From IMG/VR virus record IMGVR_UViG_3300025508_002497, positions 1 to 64,000 of that record: a stretch of 64,000 nucleotides of DNA; one strand, written 5' to 3'. The translations under genes were made by a program, and so were the position numbers. The notes beneath the pieces are model-generated. The model saw only the letters and a list, made by a program, of their open reading frames with translations, had not been told where the DNA came from and searched no databases. Below are positions 51,463-60,128 of the stretch, one piece after another (positions within the stretch are counted from its first letter, which is position 1; every line of letters begins with the position of its first letter). Source of the stretch: a virus.

Positions 51463-53151
51463 TTAGAAAAGACCACTATCATTGGTATTCTGATCAGAAT
51501 ACCATCTATCTTTTCCATCCCAAACGCTGTCTTCTCCACCAGCATCACTAATAAATCCAAAGGGAGACATATCTTCTTCTAATTGTTCTATGTCTTCTTT
51601 GTATATATCTGTTCTAACGTCAACGTCTGTGAGGTTCTTGAAATACTCTTGTCGTGTGAGCCACCCAAACAACACTAAACACATCACCAAATCGTCGTGG
51701 TGTCCATCATCTGCCTCATATGACTGTTTTTTTGCCACAAACGTGGTGAGTTCTCCCACGATTTCTTGATCTTCTACTAGTAGTTTGTCTTCTTCTATAA
51801 GACTCTTCAACACAGAACAGCCTAGTTTCTTGACCACCTGTGATGTCCGAACACCAAACTGAACTGTTCCCTTACCGAAACCACCACTAATGGTCTGTCC
51901 CTTTCTGCCTTGGTGGGAACACATCAACACGTTTTCATACTCAAGATCTGAGTACAAAACGTCTGCTACCTGACCACCGATATCGTTAATCTCAACCAGG
52001 CAGAATGCGTTGTTATACTGCTCTGCTAGTCTCTTAACGACGGTTGGGTAAACCATAGGTGAAATAAGGTTGTTTCTAAAGCGTGCTACAACTTTATATG
52101 GGGGATTTGTTATGTCAATCACACAGAACGCACTGTAGTCCTTTCCCTGACCTCTGGAGGTATCCACAGTGATCACATAGGTATGTCCCTCTACAGGATC
52201 ATCATAAACACAAAGTCCATCTGCGTTTTTGATCTTAGGCTTCACCCAAGCAAGGGAGTGAATCTTGTGTGAGGATATCAAGGTGTTACTGGAGCCGATG
52301 AAGTCACACTCAAACTCTGACTGGAACTGCTGCTCGCTGGTGTTGGCAATGGTTTCATTCATCCATGCCTCATCACGGAGAGGACCGCCTGGATACTTAG
52401 GAACCTGAGACCAATGGACCTCGATCGGAATATATTCATTCTTTCCAGACTCTCCCACCTCCTTGATGGCGTGCTTCCAATAATGATAGAACATGTTCAG
52501 TCCATTTGGAGTGGATACCATAAGCACCTTTGTGTTCTGTCCAGATGTCACGGTGGGATATACAGAACTAAAGAACTCTTCGGCAATATTATTTGGAACG
52601 TGAGCAAATTCGTCAAGGAAGATCATGTTAAACGAACCACCACGAATGGCAGATGATGATGTAGCAGAAGCAAGAACCTTGGATCCATTCTCTAGAATGA
52701 TAGATCCCTTGTTCCATTCCACAATCCCTTGCTGTAGCCATAGGGGTAGATACTCGTATGCAAGTTTAAGACGAGATAGAATCTCGCGGGAGGTAGCCTG
52801 CTTGTTGGCGAGAATACCAACAGTCATTGACTGGTTGAATAAAATGTAGTGGAGAATGTAGGATACAATCGTGGTTGATTTACCGCTCTGTCTCGGTAAT
52901 TTGGCAATCACAAAACGATTATTGTGAACCTTATTGATAATATCTTCTTGATAATCGTAGAGTTCAAATGGAATCAAACCCTCATCTAGAGAGACAACCT
53001 TAACATACTCTTTGATAAAGTAGTTTGGATCTTGGGCACACTTCATGTACTCTTTGACTTGCTTTTTTGTAAAGTTCTGTTCACGCCCCGACTCTTTTAA
53101 GTTGGGGTTTCCCAGATAACCACTTTTCTTATCCGTCATCCTTTGGTTCAT
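51463..53151 (-). CDS. 17: Terminase large subunit gp17
   Basis: YLGNPNLK, PRQSGKST, FLDEFAH, STPNG.N.F, DYSAF, HDDLVM. Confidence 0.98.
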   Translation of the reverse strand: MNQRMTDKKSGYLGNPNLKESGREQNFTKKQVKEYMKCAQDPNYFIKEYVKVVSLDEGLIPFELYDYQEDIINKVHNNRFVIAKLPRQSGKSTTIVSYILHYILFNQSMTVGILANKQATSREILSRLKLAYEYLPLWLQQGIVEWNKGSIILENGSKVLASATSSSAIRGGSFNMIFLDEFAHVPNNIAEEFFSSVYPTVTSGQNTKVLMVSTPNGLNMFYHYWKHAIKEVGESGKNEYIPIEVHWSQVPKYPGGPLRDEAWMNETIANTSEQQFQSEFECDFIGSSNTLISSHKIHSLAWVKPKIKNADGLCVYDDPVEGHTYVITVDTSRGQGKDYSAFCVIDITNPPYKVVARFRNNLISPMVYPTVVKRLAEQYNNAFCLVEINDIGGQVADVLYSDLEYENVLMCSHQGRKGQTISGGFGKGTVQFGVRTSQVVKKLGCSVLKSLIEEDKLLVEDQEIVGELTTFVAKKQSYEADDGHHDDLVMCLVLFGWLTRQEYFKNLTDVDVRTDIYKEDIEQLEEDMSPFGFISDAGGEDSVWDGKDRWYSDQNTNDSGLF

Positions 53152-53599
53152 CCACTAGTTCACTAACGATCTTCTTCGTGCTTCTATTGGCATTAATCAG
53201 GTTCTGTAACTCTGATGTTGATCCAATGAAGATTGAATTGTTAGTTGTTTCATTATTTTCAACTTTGGTGACTTCAACATCCTTGACCTTCTTATGAATG
53301 TCAATAAGATCTTTGTTCACATCTGCAACAGTCTTGATGAGTTGTGCAACGACTTCATATGCCCGAGGATGCTCACCCTCTTCTGCTACGTTCATAATCC
53401 CCTGAATGGCGTCCTTACCGTTGTCGATAAGATCCATTAGGTTCTTTCGTGTAGCAAGATAGTCCTTCTTGAGATCAGGATCCTGAATATCCTTATGATC
53501 GACTTTGATCTCAGTTGGTTTTTTCTTTACTATCTCTTTCTTTTCTTTTTCTTCAAAATCCACGCCTAACGCCTTTGCTAGATTTTTGTTGGGATCCAT
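53129..53599 (-). CDS. 16: Terminase small subunit gp16
   Basis: DY...R.NL, HPRAYEV, NN.IFIGSTSELQ. Confidence 0.93.
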   Translation of the reverse strand: MDPNKNLAKALGVDFEEKEKKEIVKKKPTEIKVDHKDIQDPDLKKDYLATRKNLMDLIDNGKDAIQGIMNVAEEGEHPRAYEVVAQLIKTVADVNKDLIDIHKKVKDVEVTKVENNETTNNSIFIGSTSELQNLINANRSTKKIVSELVDEPKDDG

Positions 53600-53607
53600 A
53601 ATAATTC

Positions 53608-54432
53608 CTATCCATAAGTGGGACCAATGTAGTTCCCGTAAGTATCTATCGCTCCAGTTACGCCGTAGTTTCCTAGTTCATAGTTATACTCATATGTGTC
53701 GAAGGTAGAACCTGAAGTATATCCTGAGATACCACCAGAAACACCTGTCTCGAAGAACTCCATAGCACCAGACTTTCCTGTGATATAGTTCCAACTGCGA
53801 ACATTGGTATCACTAATGAGTTTACCTGTTTTCTCTGGTCCGTAGATATATGTTTTTGCTGTGAAGTCGAATGTTAATAGAATATTTCTACGAGTATCAA
53901 AATCACCATCGTAGTCTTCTGCCAAAGTTGTGTCATTAAGAACAATAGGAATATCTACCTTCTTAAATAAATCGGTGAAGTTTACTGTGATGGTAAAATC
54001 TGGGGAGAACATTGGAAGAATCTGTTCCATAATCTGGAATCCATCATCCATATTTCTAACCATAGCATACAAAGAAAATGTTATATTATATGGCACTTCT
54101 GAATATGAAAATGTAGTATTTCCATTTGTGTCTGTGGCAGTGCAAGTTCGATTTAATCTATTCTTTGCTCTAGTTGGATCATATGATATAGCAGTAATCT
54201 CAAAGGACATTCGAGGTAATGTTATTTCTACTGTGGTTTGATTTTCATTGATACTACTAGGCTGATCTAGTCTCATCAAAAACTTTTCTGATGGACCATA
54301 AGCAAGAGGAACTCTAATACGATCGATTTGTGTTCCTTCGTTGTTTACACGGCGAATAACAATATTGTCGAATAGACTACCAAATCCAACAACCAGTTTT
54401 CTTACCGCAGCGTTATAATAAGTGCTAAACAT
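53608..54432 (-). CDS. 15: Tail sheath stabiliser/terminator gp15
   Basis: FGSLF.NI, VPLAYGP..KF, LPRMSFE, QI.EQILP.F.P, F.AKTYIYGP. Confidence 0.94.
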   Translation of the reverse strand: MFSTYYNAAVRKLVVGFGSLFDNIVIRRVNNEGTQIDRIRVPLAYGPSEKFLMRLDQPSSINENQTTVEITLPRMSFEITAISYDPTRAKNRLNRTCTATDTNGNTTFSYSEVPYNITFSLYAMVRNMDDGFQIMEQILPMFSPDFTITVNFTDLFKKVDIPIVLNDTTLAEDYDGDFDTRRNILLTFDFTAKTYIYGPEKTGKLISDTNVRSWNYITGKSGAMEFFETGVSGGISGYTSGSTFDTYEYNYELGNYGVTGAIDTYGNYIGPTYG

Positions 54433-55349
54433 CAGTAGTTACCCTCCGAGAATGGATCGGTTTCTGAGAAGTCTAACACACCTTGTTTCTCTACACCAAA
54501 TGTATCGGCATCTCCATCTGGAGTATCTGTTACGACATTTTCTGGTACGACAAGATTTGTTAATGTGCTTCCTGTTAGATAGTATTCTGTACCCGACTTT
54601 TCACCTTGAATACTTTGCGTAGCACCGACAACGAATGGAGTTTTACTTATACTAGACACAGTTAACGTGCTTGTATCAAGTGACCAACCAACAATAGTTC
54701 CTGTTGATGTGGCTTGTCCTAGTGTTGCTCCTGTGATTCCAGCAGCCTGGAAAACTGTTTCACCCAAGTAGAATCCAGATCCTTCGGTTACTGCGGTGCT
54801 TACGGTAAACTCTGTGGCATATTCCTTCGTGTTTGTCATCTCGTCTGGACCACAAACACCAGTATCGAACTTCTCTAGTGAGTATGTGAAAAGTTCTGCT
54901 TGAAGTAAATAAGTTTGATTCTTACCTAACTGATAAAATGGATTTTCGTGTTCAACGAAGTTGATTTCAAACAAATAGTTACCAAGAGGGAAGTAAATCA
55001 AATCACCTTCCCGTGGTCTTGATAGTGGCTCTAGGTTTCCAACCTCGTCCATAAACCTTCTTCTAGAAACAACCATTTCAACTTTATCTTTAATCTCCAG
55101 TCCATACTTTGCTAGAATATCACCTTCACCTTCAAAGCCATCAACGCTCTGTAGATACATTTCTATTTCATAAGTCTTATCAAACTGACTAAGAACATCT
55201 TCACCAAATAGTCTGTCCTTCTTCACATACTCTCGGGGAAGATATAGAACATCCATACCCATCGTTTTGATTGCTTCGATGGTTAGGTCTTCCATTAGAT
55301 TTTGTTCAGTGGAAGTGCTTTTAAAGTTGAAGTATGGATTTGTTGCCAT
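54432..55349 (-). CDS. 14: Neck protein gp14
   Basis: NPYF, EQ.L.EDL..E.IK..G, YLPR, RPREGDLIYFP, FEI.FVEHE.PFYQLGK, DFSE.DPF. Confidence 0.95.
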   Translation of the reverse strand: MATNPYFNFKSTSTEQNLMEDLTIEAIKTMGMDVLYLPREYVKKDRLFGEDVLSQFDKTYEIEMYLQSVDGFEGEGDILAKYGLEIKDKVEMVVSRRRFMDEVGNLEPLSRPREGDLIYFPLGNYLFEINFVEHENPFYQLGKNQTYLLQAELFTYSLEKFDTGVCGPDEMTNTKEYATEFTVSTAVTEGSGFYLGETVFQAAGITGATLGQATSTGTIVGWSLDTSTLTVSSISKTPFVVGATQSIQGEKSGTEYYLTGSTLTNLVVPENVVTDTPDGDADTFGVEKQGVLDFSETDPFSEGNY

Positions 55350-55352
55350 TTA

Positions 55353-56159
55353 TTACCCTGTCATGAAGTCGATAGGAAGTTCGTATTGTAATCTGATCTC
55401 TTCTTCAAGACGTTCGACCTCTTGCTCTGCTTGCTGGTATATCTCTCCACCCTTGAGACTGACTCCGCCAGGTAACTGAATACCATCATACTTGAGCATG
55501 TTCATACCCCACTGCTTCTTCAACAAGGCAGTAAAGTATTTCTTCACCATTCGATCATTGAAAATCTCAGTGAAGGTGTTTGGGTTCAGAGCGGCATACG
55601 CTTCAACTACAATATAGTCTCCAACAACCGCATCCGTAGACCAGTCCATATCGATGTGTAGTCTATTTGTAACCTTACTGAAACGTATAGCCTTATCTGG
55701 ATTGAAGAAGTCATTGATCAGACTATTGTAACGTTTAAAGATATCATAAGAAGCAAGAGGTTCAGAACCTCCACCAAAGGCGTTTCCTGTGTTGATACCA
55801 AATACGTCGTTCAATGCCCACTGATAACGAACATCAAACATGTTTGATGAAGAAGATTCCATGCGGAAGATTCTAACCACAGAAACAATATCAGATCCAT
55901 CAGGTCCATTTCCAGTAGGACCATCAACGGGTGGTAAAGACGTAGTTGAGATATATTCGTTATCGATGTCAGTCTGTGTTATCTGATGTTTAAAGTAACA
56001 TCGTTCAACACCATCAAAGTGTCGTTCGGTAAAATAATCCAACGCTTCGTCTAGTCGATCTTCTGCCTGCTGGTAATCTACATTGATTTCAACAACAGGC
56101 GCACCGAGTTTACGCATGGCATAATCAATCAACTGACTTCTGGATGCGGGTGATGCCAT
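55353..56159 (-). CDS. 13: Neck protein gp13
   Basis: R.LGAPVVEINV, HFDG, K.QWG.N..KY.G.QLPGGV.L.G. Confidence 0.95.
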   Translation of the reverse strand: MASPASRSQLIDYAMRKLGAPVVEINVDYQQAEDRLDEALDYFTERHFDGVERCYFKHQITQTDIDNEYISTTSLPPVDGPTGNGPDGSDIVSVVRIFRMESSSSNMFDVRYQWALNDVFGINTGNAFGGGSEPLASYDIFKRYNSLINDFFNPDKAIRFSKVTNRLHIDMDWSTDAVVGDYIVVEAYAALNPNTFTEIFNDRMVKKYFTALLKKQWGMNMLKYDGIQLPGGVSLKGGEIYQQAEQEVERLEEEIRLQYELPIDFMTG

Positions 56160-56165
56160 TAAAAA

Positions 56166-56205
56166 ATCTCCTATGTTCTAATGTATGTATAAGAACATAG
56201 GAGAT
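56166..56205 (-). promoter_or_regulatory. 14-bp SD-sequestering hairpin with late promoter TATACATA in its loop (gp13 leader)
   Basis: atctcctatgttct (56166-56179) and agaacataggagat (56192-56205) form a perfect inverted repeat. The AGGAG SD is in the 3' arm; the promoter motif is at 56184-56191. Confidence 0.8.
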
Positions 56206-56225
56206 CGTTTAGATTTTAGAAAGGT

Positions 56226-56768
56226 TTACTTTTTGTTTGTATCCAGAGGAGTTCCATTGACTGTCACATTAACACTATCAACATCTTTCATATCCATCTG
56301 TTCAATGTAATGTCTTCTAGTAATAGGAGATTTTGCCTCATCTGGTGATGATGGTTCATAGTTGGTAAATCCAGGCATCTTTAGAGGACATGATACCTTC
56401 GGATAATCAAGTTTACCATATTCATTTCCATCCGAAACTAACCATGTTTGTTTACGATCACCACACCCACAACCACCGCAAAAACTTTCTTTAGGATTTA
56501 CCTTACTTTGACGTAGGTATTCACATGGAGGTAGTTCACCTTTACCATGACAAGACAACACACGGAGTTGCTTAGTCTTCTTATCAATCCTATTATTATT
56601 GATTCCTCTAGAAGCCATAGCCATAGCAAAGGAACCAACCATTCCTATTCTATCTTTAAGACTTTTCTTTGTTACATCTTTTGCAGGGGCAAACTTTACT
56701 TTTTTTTCGTTTGCTTTCTTCTTTGCTTTTTGTTTTTCGATTCGCTTGTTGATGTCATCCTTGGACAT
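56226..56768 (-). CDS. Hypothetical Cys-cluster protein
   Basis: SCHG...PPC...FCGGCGCGD...SCPL; Lys-rich N-terminus; GGAG SD. Confidence 0.65.
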   Translation of the reverse strand: MSKDDINKRIEKQKAKKKANEKKVKFAPAKDVTKKSLKDRIGMVGSFAMAMASRGINNNRIDKKTKQLRVLSCHGKGELPPCEYLRQSKVNPKESFCGGCGCGDRKQTWLVSDGNEYGKLDYPKVSCPLKMPGFTNYEPSSPDEAKSPITRRHYIEQMDMKDVDSVNVTVNGTPLDTNKK

Positions 56769-56780
56769 AAAGAGACTCCA

Positions 56781-59700
56781 CTAGATAATAAAGGACATTC
56801 TGTTTAAGACTTGTTGAATAATACTCAGACTACTATAGTCTACACTACTATTTATACCAGTCAAGATTATTCTTATTTTTTCGGTATGTTGAATCCGATC
56901 AGCGTTTGTAATACCGCCAAAGATATATTCAAGTATCTTCTTGACACTAGCAGTATCACCCTCAACTGTATCTATTACATTACTCAGATCGATTGTTTCA
57001 CAGTACACGGGGTTATCCCCTCTATTTTCAAAGTTACCAACGGCATTAAAGGTAGTATTGTTTAGATTAGTAAATCTAGTTATAGCAATAGTATCAGCCA
57101 TCTTCTTTACAAAATCATCATAACCTGTTGCTTGAACATTATTGTTTCTGAAACTAAATCTGTTTAATGCAGGGTTTGTATCTGGAATCACTGCACCTGA
57201 TATACTATCAGGAAGACTTCTAATCGTTCTGTTTGTTTGATTAGGTAATACAAACGAATCAAGAACAGTTGATGCAGTTACACAGTCATCTAGATTAATA
57301 TAATCAATCGATGGACAAGAAGATAAATCTAAACTAGAAAGAGAACTATTTCTTTGTAGTTGAACTTCAAGTAAGAAAGGCATATTGCTAAAGTCTAAAG
57401 TGTTGAAGTTACATCTCTGTGCATAGAATGTTTCCAGTTGTGGATATGATCCTGAGATGCTTGATAGATTTTCATTATATCCTACTCTTAGATCCGCAAG
57501 ATAAATACTATCATCTGCAAAAGTTAGGCTGCTCAGATTATTGTATGTGACATCTACACTTGTGATATTAGGGTTATTAGATAAGTTTAAAGTAGTAATC
57601 TCATTATCGCTCAGTGCAAGTCTTTCTAGTTTTGGACACCCAATAAGACTCAGTTCTTCTGTTAATCCACTTCTTCTAAAATCTAAAGCAGTTAGTTCTG
57701 GGAAGATTGCGACCTCGAAGTCAGTTTGTAACTCTTCATAAGAAGAACCTTGGAGTCCTAGTTGTCTTAGTTGATTCATTCCTATAAAGTTAACATACTT
57801 AATTTTTCTATTTTCTTCAGGAAGTCCAAATCCACCTGTCCAATAGAAACTAGGATAGTTCAAAATCAATCTAGTGATTGTATCACGGGGTTGATTTGTT
57901 TCTAACGTAACACCCTTAATCTCTCGTAATGTTTCTGAAGAGAATGGAATAGTAAATGGTTCTTGTTTATCTACTCTGAAGAAAAGTTGTTGTGAATCTT
58001 GAATAACAATATCATCTAAGAACGTTCCAGTTCCGTCTTCCAGAGCAGATACGATAAACGTTGTAAATGGTTCATTGGAATAGTTATACTTTAAATCACC
58101 GATGGGTCTACTATCAGTGTATATTTCTTCATTTTCAAACGGGCCACCTATATTGGGTGGATCAATGTAAGTAACCATGATATTCTTTGAGAAGTTTGTT
58201 TCATCATAATACGGAATAGCATCTACTGTGGGATCACCACAAGTAGATCCTGCCCATATATCTCGTTCATTTTGTCCGTCTTGTCTTGCAAAAACTCTCA
58301 AGGCTGTTTCAGTTGGTTCTTCATCAACAACACACTTACACGAAGCGGTTCCGAGATTTTCTTCTGGAGTTACTGGTTCTAGGAACGCTACCATACCACA
58401 ATCTCTATTCGCACATGAAGTTCCAGGCCCGTGGAAAAATCCTTGCTGTCCTTGACACTCTAGATAAGTTTTACCATCTAAACATGTATTTGCATCGGTG
58501 CAACAAGAACCTCGTTCTGTTGGTCTGGTTAATCCTACATCATCACAAGTCTGACAACCAGAATGCCATTCACCGTGAATAAGTTCACAGTCTGGTTTTG
58601 TAAAGTTGTCGAGACAGGCGGTTTGTCTGCCTGTATTATACCTGTAGTTAGTTAGACTTCTATTACTACCTGTGCCGTCAACATAAGTACCATCTTTTGT
58701 TGTACTGATCTCACATCTTCCTAGAGTGATATCTGAATCAAGATTTACTTCATTTCCACAACTAGGATCTGAACATTTTCTTCCGGGTCTCCACGTTACT
58801 TTTAACCTATTATTAATATCATTCTCATTCCAGTTGACGTTATTTTGTGCCTCTAATACTTGTAGATAATAATCACGCCTTCTTTGTAGGGCATTAAAAC
58901 ACTGAAACTCTGTTTTCATGTCACCACACTCTAGGTCTGGATTTCTTCCATCAGAAAGTACAGAGTCTTCGAGGCGACAAGAACCTGCTAAATATCTATC
59001 ACCGATTCCACTTGGTTTAACGGTATCAAATAGTAATCCAGAAGCGGGAGCAGATCGTATATCATCACAATAGATTCCAGGCCACCATTTTCCTTCTAAC
59101 TGTGAACACTCTTCTGATGTTTTTGATTCGCAAAGATAATGTCCATTTGAGGTTGGATATTGACAACCACCCCACATAGTTGCCTTACTTATATCACCAT
59201 CAGTTGATGATATAATACCACCGGGACATTCTCCTGCGGTATTAACTAAAGTAACCCATACAGGTTCTTTTGAATATGTTGGACCGGGAGTTCCGTTCCA
59301 TTTACCTGAAGTTGGTTCACCGCCTACATTTGAATCATAATAGTACTTTTTGGGAGTTGGTCTTGAACATACTAACTGTCCACCACCGAAGTTACCATTT
59401 GAATCTCTGTTCTGTTGTTGATCAGGGATTTCTCTTCGTCTTTCCTCTATAAATGTTCCTGTCCTACAATCATAATCGATAGAACAATCTGCATTGATGA
59501 TCCACTCACCATTATTACGAGTAACACAATCTGCTTCTGTCATTTGACCAATACAAACTCCAGCCCTACAACAAGCACTGGTTTCTGTAATATTATTTAA
59601 GTTACCGCAAGGATTGGAGGCACACTGAAGTTCTGTTCCTGTTTGAATACCATCGTGAAATACTCCACCAAGTGAGGCACAATAATCAGAGTTACAAGTG

Positions 59701-60119
59701 TCGAAGCAAGATCCATCACCGATGCAGCAGGCATATTTTTGATCTTTGATTGAAGATAGTTTTTCTCTTTCTACTTCGGTACAAACTCTACCCTCAAAAA
59801 ACTCAGCATCAAAATTTTCTTGAGTTATACAATCTGCCTCTAAAATATTGTTAGTGCAACTACTACACGTTTTACATGCTCCGTGTAAGTCTGAGTTTAA
59901 TGGTGCTGGTGGTTTGATTGCATCACCGCCAGGACATCCTTGAACTTCACATGTAGAATCTTTACCTCTAAAAATACCCAAGTCTCTTTTACAATCAAGG
60001 TACTTTACATTGTCTTCACAAACAAATGTATTATTAGTTTCATCTACGGTACAACAAGCGCCAACATCGTTGCCGTTTGGTTGAATTGCTTTTGATCTTG
60101 TTCTAAACTCTATAGCCAT
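56781..60119 (-). CDS. Large Cys-rich 'GACC'-repeat protein with C-terminal leucine-rich repeats (1112 aa)
   Basis: Repeats of G[AS]CC-x-C-x-C-x-G-x-[FW]-x-C; LRR units such as LERLALSDNEITTLNLSNNPNITSVDVTYNNLSSL. Confidence 0.8.
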   Translation of the reverse strand: MAIEFRTRSKAIQPNGNDVGACCTVDETNNTFVCEDNVKYLDCKRDLGIFRGKDSTCEVQGCPGGDAIKPPAPLNSDLHGACKTCSSCTNNILEADCITQENFDAEFFEGRVCTEVEREKLSSIKDQKYACCIGDGSCFDTCNSDYCASLGGVFHDGIQTGTELQCASNPCGNLNNITETSACCRAGVCIGQMTEADCVTRNNGEWIINADCSIDYDCRTGTFIEERRREIPDQQQNRDSNGNFGGGQLVCSRPTPKKYYYDSNVGGEPTSGKWNGTPGPTYSKEPVWVTLVNTAGECPGGIISSTDGDISKATMWGGCQYPTSNGHYLCESKTSEECSQLEGKWWPGIYCDDIRSAPASGLLFDTVKPSGIGDRYLAGSCRLEDSVLSDGRNPDLECGDMKTEFQCFNALQRRRDYYLQVLEAQNNVNWNENDINNRLKVTWRPGRKCSDPSCGNEVNLDSDITLGRCEISTTKDGTYVDGTGSNRSLTNYRYNTGRQTACLDNFTKPDCELIHGEWHSGCQTCDDVGLTRPTERGSCCTDANTCLDGKTYLECQGQQGFFHGPGTSCANRDCGMVAFLEPVTPEENLGTASCKCVVDEEPTETALRVFARQDGQNERDIWAGSTCGDPTVDAIPYYDETNFSKNIMVTYIDPPNIGGPFENEEIYTDSRPIGDLKYNYSNEPFTTFIVSALEDGTGTFLDDIVIQDSQQLFFRVDKQEPFTIPFSSETLREIKGVTLETNQPRDTITRLILNYPSFYWTGGFGLPEENRKIKYVNFIGMNQLRQLGLQGSSYEELQTDFEVAIFPELTALDFRRSGLTEELSLIGCPKLERLALSDNEITTLNLSNNPNITSVDVTYNNLSSLTFADDSIYLADLRVGYNENLSSISGSYPQLETFYAQRCNFNTLDFSNMPFLLEVQLQRNSSLSSLDLSSCPSIDYINLDDCVTASTVLDSFVLPNQTNRTIRSLPDSISGAVIPDTNPALNRFSFRNNNVQATGYDDFVKKMADTIAITRFTNLNNTTFNAVGNFENRGDNPVYCETIDLSNVIDTVEGDTASVKKILEYIFGGITNADRIQHTEKIRIILTGINSSVDYSSLSIIQQVLNRMSFII
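56849..56856 (-). promoter_or_regulatory. Possible T4 late promoter TATAAATA
   Basis: Exact consensus ~80 nt upstream of 56768, but inside the upstream CDS. Confidence 0.5.
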
Positions 60120-60128
60120 AATCTACCT

